Shown here in pieces: positions 49,605-58,678 of a stretch of DNA of 64,000 nucleotides. Source of the stretch: an uncultured delta proteobacterium (GTDB taxonomy: Bacteria > Myxococcota_A > UBA9160 > SMWR01); assembly GCA_963832165.1 (NCBI GenBank), contig CAWHTE010000001.1, positions 96,001-160,000 on the forward strand, in the 5' to 3' direction. A program made the translations under genes and the position numbers. The notes beneath the pieces were generated by a model. That model saw only the letters and a list, made by a program, of their open reading frames with translations, did not search any database and was not told the DNA's origin. Every line of letters begins with the position of its first letter. Position 1 is the stretch's first letter.

Positions 49605-52600
49605 CTAGTCCCGCACCGCGTCCTTGCGCAGCGAGAACACCTCGTGCAGCTCCGCGTTGGAGAGCTCGGTGATCCACTGCTCGCCGGTGCCCACGATGTC
49701 CTCGGCGATCGATCTGCTTGCGCTCGATCATCTCGTCGATGCGCTCTTCGAGCGTTCCGACGCACACGAACTTGTGTACCTGCACGTTGCGCGTCTGGCC
49801 GATGCGGAACGCGCGGTCGGTGGCCTGGTTCTCGACGGCGGGGTTCCACCAGCGATCGAAGTGGAACACGTGGTTGGCGCCGGTCAGGTTGAGACCGAGG
49901 CCGCCCGCCTTGAGCGAGAGCACGAACACGGGCGGCGCATCCGAGCCGCCGGCCTGGAAGCGCTCGACCATCTGATCGCGTCGCTTCTTGGGCGTGCCGC
50001 CGTGCAGGAAGTACACCTCGCGACCGAGCTCGTCCTGCAGATGCTCCTGGAGCAGCTTGCCCATCTCGGCGAACTGCGTGAACACGAGCGTGCGATCGCC
50101 CGCGAGCGTGACCTCCTCGAGCATCTCGGAGAGGCGCGTGAGCTTGCCCGATCGCTTGGGCAGCTCGGAGCCGTCGCCGAGGAAGTGCGCCGGGTGGTTG
50201 CACACCTGCTTGAGCTTCACGAGCGTCGCGAGGATCACGCCGCGCCGCTCGATGCCCTCGGCGTCCTCGAGCTTGCGCTCCGCCTCCTTCACGACCTGCT
50301 CGTAGAGCGTGCCCTGCTCGCCCGTGAGCGTGCAGAACACCTTCATCTCGAGCTTGTCGGGCAGGTCGGAGATGATCGCGCGGTCGGTCTTCAGGCGGCG
50401 CATGATGAACGGCTTGGTGATGTGCGCGAGCTTCTCGACCGCGTCGGGATCGCGGTGGGCCTGGATCGGCACCAGGAAGTCGCGGCGGAACTGCTCCTGG
50501 CTGCCGAGGAAGTCGGGGTTCAGGAAGTCCATGATCGACCACAGGTCGCCCACGTGGTTCTCGACCGGCGTGCCCGTGAGCGCCGCGCGGTAGTCGGCCA
50601 TCACGGCGCGCACTGCCATCGACTGCTTCGTGTCCGGGTTCTTGATGTTCTGCGCCTCGTCGAGGATCACGCCCGCCCAGCGCATCGAGCGCAGGTCTTC
50701 GAGATCGCGCTGGACGAGCGCATAGCTCGTGAGCACGAGCGCGTGGTCCTGCGCATCGGAGACGAATTCGTAGCCCTTCTTCCGCTGCGGGCCGTGGTGG
50801 ATCATCGTGCGCAGGTCCGGCGTGAAGCGCGCGGCCTCGCGCTCCCAGTTCGCGAGCACCGAGGTGGGGCACACGAGCAGCACGGGGCGGTCCTCGCCGT
50901 TGTTCCGCTCGCGCTCGATCAGCGCGAGCGTCTGGATCGTCTTGCCGAGACCCATGTCGTCGGCGAGACAGGCGCCGAGCTCCCAGCGGCGCAGGAACTC
51001 GAGCCAGGCGAAGCCCTTCTCCTGATAGGGCCGCAGCGCGCCGATGAAACCGGGCGGTGTCGCGAGCGGCTCGATCGCGTTCTTGTCCGAGAGCCGCTCG
51101 AGCAGCGCGCCGAGCCAGCCCGTGGCCCGCACGCCCTCGAAGTGGATGCCCGCCGACGAGTCGGCGGCGCCGAGCGCCATGCGCACGATCTCGCGCGCGG
51201 TCACCTCGCCGCCGCGGCGGTTCTTGTAGAACTCGAGCGCTGCGTGGATCTCCTCGACGCTCGTCTGCACCCAGTGGCCGCGCACGCGCTGGAGCGGCTC
51301 CTTGAGGCGCGCGAGGTCCTCGAGGTCGCGGCCCGAGAGCGGGTTGCCCGCGAGACACACCTCCCAGTCGAACGCGACCGTTTCGTCGAGACGCGGCTCG
51401 TAGTCGAGCTCGGTCTGCTCGGGCGTGCGTACGCGCGCGCGCACCGAGAGCCGATGGCGCGTGCTGCCGCCGGTCCACCACTCGGGCAGGATCGTGCCGA
51501 AGCCCGCCTGCTCGAGCGCGGGCGCGGTCTGGGTCAGGAACTCGTGCGCGCCGCGCGCGTCGAGCGAATAACCCGACGGTTTGCGCGAGCGCAGGCTCAT
51601 CTCGATCTTCGGGCACACCCCGGCCGCCTGCGCGAGCGAGAGCAGGAGCGTCTGGTGCACGTCGCTGCCGGAGCGCTGCAGCGCGGCCGCCTTCCGGCCG
51701 CGCAGGATCCACGCGTCGGCGGTCGGCACGAGCAGCGACGGGTCGTCGGTGCCCTGGAGCAGGTAGCGCACGTACCAGCGGCGCTGACCCGGGCCGCATC
51801 GCCTCGCGCGTGCGCGCCTTGTTGTTGCGCTTGCCGTACGGTCGCTTGCCCCGCTGCGGCTCCTCGCGCGGCGGTGCGGGCTCCTCGAGCCGGAAGCAGA
51901 GCCGGAACGGCGCGCCGATCGTGACGTCGAGCGGCTTGCGCCACTCGCGGATCTGCTCGCTTGAGGTCTTCGAGCTCGGTGTCCTTGCCGCGCAGCACGG
52001 GCTGCTCGGCGCAGAGCGCCGCGAGCCAGCGGTCGTGCACCGTGGCGTCGGGCGCGTCCTCGCCCGCGAACAGGCTCGCGGAGACCGAGACGATGCCGTC
52101 TTCGGCCTCGGGCTCGCGGTGCGTGCGAACGATGTGGTCGACGAGCTGATCCACGAAGCGCTGCACGACCTTGACGCCGGGCCGTCTGCGGCGCGGCGGC
52201 GCCGTTCGTCACGAGCGCGCGCGCGGCTGCGGGCATCGCGCTCGCGAGGTCGTCGAGATAGCGCAGGTCGTCGGTGATCCAGACCGGCTTCCAGCACGCG
52301 AGCGAGCTTGCCTTCGGCGTCGACCTCGGTACCGGGCAGATAGCGCTGGCGCGCCACGAGCGACCCGGCGAGCCGCACCGCGCGGATCCAGAACCGCAGG
52401 TCGGGCCCGCCCACCACGCCGTGGAGCATCCCCCCGCGCTGCCCGTAGCCCGAGAGCAGATCGAGCGCCTCCGCGGTGGTGAGCGAGATGCCCTCCACGC
52501 GCCAGGGCGCGGCCGCGATCGGGTCGGTGGAGTCGGGCGCCTCGCCGATCAGCGCGCTCGAGGGCAGCGGGTGATCGCCGCGCGTGGGCAGCCAGGCCGT

Positions 52601-52804
52601 GGCCTCGGTCTTGCGGCGCGCAGTGGGCCGGAACGCGATCGGCAGATCGCGCGCGGCGCGCGTGACGGCCTCGGCCCCGGCGTCGTAGGGGTAGGGCGCC
52701 GGGCGCTCGCCGCGGCGGCCCTTGCTCGATGCGGCGCCCTCGGCCGGCGACTCTCCCCAGAGGAAGAGCGCGTCGTCTAGGAGCGCGCCGTGCAGGATGA
52801 TCAT
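49605..52804 (-). CDS. SNF2-family helicase/ATPase; several frameshifts
   Basis: LRPYQ, LADDMGLGKT, DEAQ, LTGTPVEN, GLNLTGAN, QATDRAFRIGQ; frame breaks near 52290-52170, 51960, 51785 and 49713; corrected C-terminus ends LRKDAVRD with TAG at 49605. Confidence 0.88.
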
Positions 52805-52809
52805 TGCGC

Positions 52810-53130
52810 TTTGTGTTCTCGCGTCTTACGCGGGGCGCGGTGTTGGCGCCCGGACTAGCGGCGTGTCGTTCGTTCCCGCCGCGGCGGCTCAATCCGCCCA
52901 GCGGGACCGCGCGGTGGCTGTACGCCCATCAGCTCGTTCCGCTCTACCAGCGTCATCAGCTTTGGCATCACTTTCGCACGGGTTGCCCGCGCGGTGATGC
53001 ATGCTCACCTAATAGTGACCTACTGCGAGGACCTGGGGCCTCGAGCGCCGACTGTCAAGTAACAGCCATCTGCCAGCGCCTGCGGAGGGTGCAGACCGCG
53101 CTCGTCGTATCCTCGCCCTACTGGGGGGAG
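52810..53130 (-). ncRNA. Candidate structured non-coding RNA or 5' leader upstream of the SNF2 gene (family not recognised)
   Basis: Multiple nested helices; three G-U wobble pairs form only on the minus strand; no convincing ORF. Confidence 0.55.
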
Positions 53131-53141
53131 TGAACACGATC

Positions 53142-53170
53142 GGGGTGCGATTCCGCAAGCCCCTTTTTTT
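53142..53170 (+). terminator. GC hairpin plus T7 tract; alternatively the A-tract/-35 region of a minus-strand promoter
   Basis: ggggtgcg-attc-cgca(ag)cccc-ttttttt; the minus strand reads AAAAAAAGGGGC-TTGCGG. Confidence 0.4.
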
Positions 53171-53220
53171 CAGTCTTTCGGCCGCGTGCCGCGGCTTCTG
53201 TACCGGCAAAACGGTGAATT

Positions 53221-53772
53221 TCAGGCCGGGTCGTCCTCCAGCAGGCGCTCCAGCCGCGCGCGCGCGCGATCGAACGGATCGCGCGCCGGCTCGCCCGGTT
53301 GCTGCGCGGCCCCGCCGATCAGGAAATAGCCGCTCTGCACCAGGAAGTAGCCCCAGACCGCGAGACACAGCGCGAAGAGACCCCCGCGCGCAGCGAAATC
53401 CGCAGCGGCGAGCCCGGCCACGCCCAGCATCGCCTCGATCGCGAACGCCCGCAGCGTGCGCGTCTCGGGAAGCAGGACACCTCGCGCGAACGCGACGATG
53501 CCCGCCGCACCCACTGCGGTGGTTTGCAGGTCGAACGGCAGCAGTGCGAGCAGCGTTCCCGCGAGCGCAGCGAATGCGAGCGCGGCGACGCGGCGGCTGC
53601 GATCTCCGCACAGGCCGATCGCATAGAGGCCGGCCGCCGCGATCACGTACAGCCGCGCCGCGCCCTCGCCGCCGAATAGCGCGCCCGCGAACGTCACGGC
53701 CACGGGCAGGCCCGCCGCTGCGAGCGCGGCGAACGCGAGCGATCGCGCGAAGCTGTCCCAGCGCAACATCAC
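53221..53772 (-). CDS. Hypothetical multi-pass membrane protein
   Basis: About six hydrophobic segments and a charged C-terminal helix (DPFDRARARLERLL); GTGA overlap with the pspA-like gene. Confidence 0.75.
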   Translation of the reverse strand: MMLRWDSFARSLAFAALAAAGLPVAVTFAGALFGGEGAARLYVIAAAGLYAIGLCGDRSRRVAALAFAALAGTLLALLPFDLQTTAVGAAGIVAFARGVLLPETRTLRAFAIEAMLGVAGLAAADFAARGGLFALCLAVWGYFLVQSGYFLIGGAAQQPGEPARDPFDRARARLERLLEDDPA

Positions 53773-54350
53773 CGGCCCTCCTTATGGTCTTCGCTCGCCT
53801 GCGGCTCGCTGCGCGAAACTTGCTCTTGCGCGTGCGCGACCTGGCGGCGCATGAGCTCGAGCTCGACCTCCTCGTCCGCGGCCGGAGCCGGGCGCGCGAA
53901 CGCGTCACCACCCGCATAGCGAGCGGCGGCGATGCGCGTGCGCACCTGGGCGCCGAGCTCCTCGAACTGGCGCTCCTGCACCGCGAGCGTCTCGGCGAGC
54001 CGAGCGCGTTCCTGCTCGAGCTCGGCGGTGCGCCGGCGCGCGGCTTCGGCCGCGCGTCGCATCGGCAGGAGCTTGCGCACCGAGAAGCGCGCGAGGTCCT
54101 CCTTGCCGCCCGCGATCGCGAGCTCGACGTCGGAATCGAGCGATGTGATCTCGCGCTCGAGCTGGTTCGCCTCTTCTCCGATCCGGCGCGACTCCTCGGC
54201 GCACGCGTGGATCTGTGCGCGCTTGCGATCGAGCTCGAGCTCGGCCTCGCGCAGGTGCTGCTTCGCGAGCAGCGTGCGCTCTTCGAGCTGTTCGAGCACG
54301 CCATGGGCGTCGGCTTTGAGCAGCAGGGTCAGTCGGTCGATGAACTTCAC
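53769..54350 (-). CDS. pspA: PspA/IM30 family coiled-coil protein
   Basis: MKFIDRLTLLLKAD amphipathic start, LAIAGGKEDLAR, EVELEL; GGAG RBS. Confidence 0.8.
   Translation of the reverse strand: MKFIDRLTLLLKADAHGVLEQLEERTLLAKQHLREAELELDRKRAQIHACAEESRRIGEEANQLEREITSLDSDVELAIAGGKEDLARFSVRKLLPMRRAAEAARRRTAELEQERARLAETLAVQERQFEELGAQVRTRIAAARYAGGDAFARPAPAADEEVELELMRRQVAHAQEQVSRSEPQASEDHKEGR
53786..53823 (-). repeat. Dispersed mini-hairpin repeat, copy D, in frame within the pspA-like 3' end
   Basis: ggtcttcgctcgcctgcggctcgctgcgcgaaacttgc; identical core at 54409-54443, one mismatch to 21195-21229. Confidence 0.85.
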
Positions 54351-54377
54351 GGTCTACTCCTTGGATGTAAATCCACC

Positions 54378-54476
54378 TGTTCGATCTTCGCTCGGCCCAC
54401 CTCATGGGCTTCGCTCGCCTGCGGCTCGCTGCGCGAAACTTGCAGCTCGCTGCGCGCCGGCCTGCGGCCGGCTTGC
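54378..54476 (-). repeat. Composite/nested mini-hairpin repeat, copy E (intergenic)
   Basis: Outer arms resemble copy A, inner segment equals copy D; starts with tgttcgatct as does the copy-B region. Confidence 0.75.
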
Positions 54477-55898
54477 CTACTTCTTGGCGCCGGCGCGCTG
54501 GTCGTCTCGCCCGCGCTCGAGCAGCTCCTTGCCGAGCCGGCTCGCGCCTTCGGGTGCGGCCGCGGCGGGAGCGCTCACCTGCGCACTCAGGTCGTCGAGC
54601 GCGCGCGACACGCCGCCGTCGATGTAGCCGAGCGAGCGCAGCTGCTCGAGCTCTTTGTCCGCGCGGAACGCCCGCACCTCGTTCACGGCGTCCGCCTGCT
54701 GCCCGGCCGCGACCTTGCGCGCGACGCGCTGCTTCAGCTCGCCGAGTGAATCGGTGCGATTGGCGCGGTTGTAGTGCTCGGCGTCGAACGACGCGGTGTA
54801 GGCGGCGTCGTCCGCCACGCAGCGGAGCGCGGGCAGCGCTGCGAGCTCGACGCGCTCGCGCTCGCCGCCGAGCGACCCGAATTCGACCGCCGCGCTGCCG
54901 AGCGCCACCGCGCCGGCCGCGCCCGTGGGCGCGTGCAGCGTGATCCACACGCGGCGCTCCTGGCCCGCGAACAGGTCGCCGGGGTGGAACATCACGGAGC
55001 CGTCCGACGTGGTTTCGAGCGGATAGCCGCCCGCGGACGCCACGCGCACACCGGCACCCGGCGCGATCCGCACCGCGAGACCGCGCGCGACCGTCTCGCG
55101 CGCGGCTGCGAACTCGCCCGCGAACACGCCCGCGAGCCGCGTCGCGTCGGGCAGGTAGTGGAAGTTGCCGCCGCCCGCGTCTGCGAGCGTGCTCATCACG
55201 TTCTCGTCGAAGCCATCGCCGATTCCGACCGCCGACAGCACGTACTCGCGTTCGCGGGCGCGGCCTGCGCGCGCCCGCAGGCCGTCGAGGCTCCAGTCGC
55301 CCTCGTTCGCGTGCCCGTCCGAGAGCACGACGAGCCGCCCGGCCGAGCCCGCGCGGACTGCGTCCGCGAGCACATCGTGGCCGAGGTCGATCCCCGCCGA
55401 CATCGCCGTGCCGCCGTCCGCCAGGGTCGCGCCGATCACCCGGCTCCAGCGCTCGCGCGCCGCGCCGGTCGCGGTCTCGAGCGGGACATCGACGCGCGCG
55501 TCCGATGCATAGCTCACGAGCGCGAAGCGATCGCCGTCCGCGAGACCGCCCACGAGCTCGCGCAACGCCGCGGCCGCGGTGCCGATCGGCTCGCCTCTCA
55601 TCGAGCCCGATCGGTCGAGCACCACCACGAGATCGGTCGGGACGCGCACTGCGCTGGTGCCCTGGCCGCCGCGCAGCACCAGCTCCATGCGCACGAGCCC
55701 GTCTCCGCCGCGCAGCACCGCACTGCGGTCGAGCCCGGCCGTGAGAGAGAGGGCGGTCTTGCCGAGTGCGACGTGCGGCAGTGTCGGCTCCGGCGCGCCG
55801 ATGCGGCGCGCGGCCGCGCCGAATGCGACGGTTCCGGCGAGCAGCAGGCCGAAGATCAGCGCGCGATGGAGCGAGGGGCGGGGAGTCGAGCCGGTCAT
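54477..55898 (-). CDS. Exported/anchored VWA domain protein (YfbK-like)
   Basis: N-terminal hydrophobic helix, VVLDRSGSM MIDAS, GGT, LSDGHAN. Confidence 0.88.
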   Translation of the reverse strand: MTGSTPRPSLHRALIFGLLLAGTVAFGAAARRIGAPEPTLPHVALGKTALSLTAGLDRSAVLRGGDGLVRMELVLRGGQGTSAVRVPTDLVVVLDRSGSMRGEPIGTAAAALRELVGGLADGDRFALVSYASDARVDVPLETATGAARERWSRVIGATLADGGTAMSAGIDLGHDVLADAVRAGSAGRLVVLSDGHANEGDWSLDGLRARAGRAREREYVLSAVGIGDGFDENVMSTLADAGGGNFHYLPDATRLAGVFAGEFAAARETVARGLAVRIAPGAGVRVASAGGYPLETTSDGSVMFHPGDLFAGQERRVWITLHAPTGAAGAVALGSAAVEFGSLGGERERVELAALPALRCVADDAAYTASFDAEHYNRANRTDSLGELKQRVARKVAAGQQADAVNEVRAFRADKELEQLRSLGYIDGGVSRALDDLSAQVSAPAAAAPEGASRLGKELLERGRDDQRAGAKK

Positions 55899-55953
55899 GG
55901 GATTCTCCTTGCGACTTCGCGAGCGAGTGTCTCCCGCGGCCGGGTCCGGCGCC

Positions 55954-56000
55954 GTCAAAGCGCGGTAAAGTCGCGCGCGCGCGCTTTACATTGGCTTTAC
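55954..56000. promoter_or_regulatory. Tandem direct repeats, candidate OmpR-family binding sites
   Basis: gtcaaag-cgc-ggtaaag on +, and GTAAAG-N5-GTAAAG on - (ctttac at 55984 and 55995), between the divergent operons. Confidence 0.55.
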
Positions 56001-56036
56001 GGCGCGCGTCCGCGTGCCGATCTAGGCTCGAGTGCG

Positions 56037-56738
56037 ATGTCGGTGAACGCCAAAACCGCAGTGCTGGTCGTGGAGGACGAGGAGTCGATCCGCCGCGGCC
56101 TGTGCGACGTGCTCGCCTATCGCGGCTATGCGCCCGAGGGCGTCGAGCGCGGAGACGACGGCCTGCGCCGCGGGCTCTCGCGCGAGCACGCGCTGGTGCT
56201 GCTCGACGTGATGTTGCCGGGCAAGAACGGGTTCGACGTCTGCCGCGAGCTGCGCGGTGCGCTGCCGCAGCTGCCGATCCTCATGCTCACCGCACGCGGC
56301 GCCGAGCAGGACGTGCTCGACGGGTTTCGCGCAGGCGCCGACGACTACGTCACCAAGCCGTTCTCGGTCGCGGAGCTGATCGCGCGGATCGAGGCGCTTT
56401 TGCGGCGTTCGGGCGCCGCAGCGCCCGAGCAGGACGCGCCGCCGTTCGCGTTCGGCCCGTGGCAGATCGACCGCCAGATGCGCGTCGCGCGGCGCGACGC
56501 GGAGAGCATCGAGCTCACCGCGCTCGAGGCCGGGCTCGCGGCACTGTTCGCGCGCGAGCCCGGGCGGATCCTCTCGCGGCGGCGCCTGCTCCGCGAAGTC
56601 TGGGACGTGGCGAATCCCGAGCGGATCGAGACGCGCACGGTCGACATGCACGTGGCGAAGCTGCGCAAGAAGCTCGGCGCGTCCGGAGACGCGCTGATCC
56701 AGACCGTGCGCGGCGAGGGATACCGGTTCTCGTCATGA
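56037..56738 (+). CDS. OmpR-family response regulator
   Basis: VVEDE, LLDVMLP, GADDYVTKPF, RTVDMHVAKLRKKL, TVRGEGY. Confidence 0.95.
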   Translation: MSVNAKTAVLVVEDEESIRRGLCDVLAYRGYAPEGVERGDDGLRRGLSREHALVLLDVMLPGKNGFDVCRELRGALPQLPILMLTARGAEQDVLDGFRAGADDYVTKPFSVAELIARIEALLRRSGAAAPEQDAPPFAFGPWQIDRQMRVARRDAESIELTALEAGLAALFAREPGRILSRRRLLREVWDVANPERIETRTVDMHVAKLRKKLGASGDALIQTVRGEGYRFSS

Positions 56739-58675
56739 GGCGGATCCGGATCGCGCTGCTGTTCTCGTCGCTGGCCGCGCTGGGTCTCGTGGCGCTGCTC
56801 GCGTGGCGCGCGAATCAGGGCCTCGCGGCCGAGCGCGCCGTGCGCCATCAGGCGGTGGCAGAGCGCGCGTTCGAGGAGATGGAGCGCGCGCTCTCGGAGT
56901 TCCTCGCGCGCGAAGAGGCGCGCCCCTTCGACCACTACGCCTACACCTCGCCCGTCTCCGGAGAGCGCTCTCCGCTGGCATCGGGACTCGAGCCGTTCGT
57001 GATCGGCGCGTTCCAGGTCGATCCCGAGAGCGCCTTCACGACGCCGCTCGAGCCCGGGGACGTCGCGGTCGCACGCGTGCGCTCGGTGGTCGACGGCTTG
57101 TGGGCGCGCAGCGACAAGGACGATCTCTCGCGCGCACACAACGAGCTCGGCAAGCTCCGGTCGCTCGGCTACGTCGATGGCGGCGTCCGCGCCGACGAGA
57201 GCGCGGATCAAGCGCGCCAGGCGCCCGGCACGACGCGTGCGCTCTCGGGGCCCGACGCGAAACCAGCACCCGCGATCGCTCCGCAGCAGGAGCTCCGCGA
57301 CGCCACGCGCGAGCGCGAGGAGATCGGCGCGTTCGACGCGCTGCAGAGCTTGAATCGCGCCGCCGACGACCGCGCCGAGCGCAAGCAGAAGGTGGCGCGC
57401 GTGTCGCCGAAGGAGGTCTACGGCGCGAGCGCAGCGGAGTCGGACGCGCTGAGCGCCGCGAAGCCCGCGGCTCCGCCCGCACCGCTCGGCGAGTCGTTCG
57501 CCGCGGAGCCGGTTCCCGAAGCGAGCGCGGTGGCGCGGCTTTCGGCCGCGAAGGCGTACGAGAGTCCGCGCGCTGCGCAGCTCCGGATCGCGTTCGACCC
57601 GATGGTCGGTGTGGCCGCGGGCGATGCGCTCGTGGTCTACCGCACCGTGATCGTCGATCAGCGCGGCTATCGCCAGGGCCTCGTGCTCGACCGCGCGGCG
57701 CTCGGCGCATGGCTCGAGGACCGCGTGATCCGCTCGAGCGGGCTCACGCGTGTGGCGCAGCTCGCGTTCGGCGGCAGCCCGGACGCTCCTGCGCCCGACG
57801 GCCGTTATGTCTTCGCGCACCGCTTCGCCGAGCCGTTCGACGACCTGCACGCGACGCTCGCGCTCGCGGCGCTGCCGGGCCGCGAGTCGCCGGGCGCGCT
57901 CTACGCACTCGCGGGGGTGCTGCTCGCGCTCGGCGCGGCGGGTCTCTACGCCGTGCACCGGACCGCAGCCGTGGTGATGCATTACGCCGAGCGCCGCAGC
58001 AACTTCGCCGCAGCCGTCACCCACGAGCTCAAGACACCGCTCACGGCGATCCGCATGTACGCGGAGATGCTGCGCGACGGCCTCGTGGCCAGCGAGGCGA
58101 AGCGCCAGGAGTACTACGCGACGATCACGGGCGAGTCGGAGCGCTTGTCGCGGCTCGTCGACAACGTGCTCGAGTTCTCGAAGCTCGAGGGCGGGCGCCG
58201 CGACCTCGCGATCGCGGTCGGGATGGTGGGCCCCGTGCTCACGGACGCGGCCGAGAAGCTCGCGCCGCACGCGGCTCGCGAAGGCTTCTCGCTCGCGGTG
58301 CGCGTCGAGGACGATCTGCCCGCAGTGCGATTCGACCGCGACGCCCTGCTCCAGGTGCTGTTCAACCTCGTCGACAACGCGATGAAGTACGCGAAGGGCT
58401 CGGATCGGCGCACGGTCGAGCTCGAGGCGCGCCGCGATGGCGAGGCCGTCACGGTGGCGGTGCGCGACTTCGGCCCCGGTGTCGCGCGCGGGCAGCTCGA
58501 GCGCGTATTCGAGCCGTTCTACCGCGTCGAGTCGGAGCTCACGCGCACGACCAAGGGCACCGGCATCGGTCTCGCACTCGTGAAGGAGCTCGCCGAGCGG
58601 ATGGGCGCGGCCGTTTCGGGCGCCAACGCCGACGGCGGCGGCTTCCGCGTGCGCCTCGCGTTCCCGGTGGCCTGA
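56735..58675 (+). CDS. Sensor histidine kinase
   Basis: Two TM helices flanking a large extracytoplasmic region; THELKTPL, NLVDNAMKY, DFGPG, GTGIGL. Confidence 0.93.
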   Translation: MRRIRIALLFSSLAALGLVALLAWRANQGLAAERAVRHQAVAERAFEEMERALSEFLAREEARPFDHYAYTSPVSGERSPLASGLEPFVIGAFQVDPESAFTTPLEPGDVAVARVRSVVDGLWARSDKDDLSRAHNELGKLRSLGYVDGGVRADESADQARQAPGTTRALSGPDAKPAPAIAPQQELRDATREREEIGAFDALQSLNRAADDRAERKQKVARVSPKEVYGASAAESDALSAAKPAAPPAPLGESFAAEPVPEASAVARLSAAKAYESPRAAQLRIAFDPMVGVAAGDALVVYRTVIVDQRGYRQGLVLDRAALGAWLEDRVIRSSGLTRVAQLAFGGSPDAPAPDGRYVFAHRFAEPFDDLHATLALAALPGRESPGALYALAGVLLALGAAGLYAVHRTAAVVMHYAERRSNFAAAVTHELKTPLTAIRMYAEMLRDGLVASEAKRQEYYATITGESERLSRLVDNVLEFSKLEGGRRDLAIAVGMVGPVLTDAAEKLAPHAAREGFSLAVRVEDDLPAVRFDRDALLQVLFNLVDNAMKYAKGSDRRTVELEARRDGEAVTVAVRDFGPGVARGQLERVFEPFYRVESELTRTTKGTGIGLALVKELAERMGAAVSGANADGGGFRVRLAFPVA

Positions 58676-58678
58676 CGC

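Noticed and set aside
48277..52236. Apparent SNF2::SWIM fusion (1319-aa ORF)
   Set aside because: One extra base near 49713; the corrected SNF2 stops at 49605 and SWIM starts at 49602.
52930..52962. Hammerhead-like CUGAUGA-stem-GAA on the minus strand
   Set aside because: Followed by GAAC rather than GAAA, and I cannot form stems I and III; kept only as part of the structured-RNA candidate.
52804..53133. 109-aa plus-strand ORF
   Set aside because: TTG start, atypical codon usage and no recognisable motif; RNA structure explains the region better.
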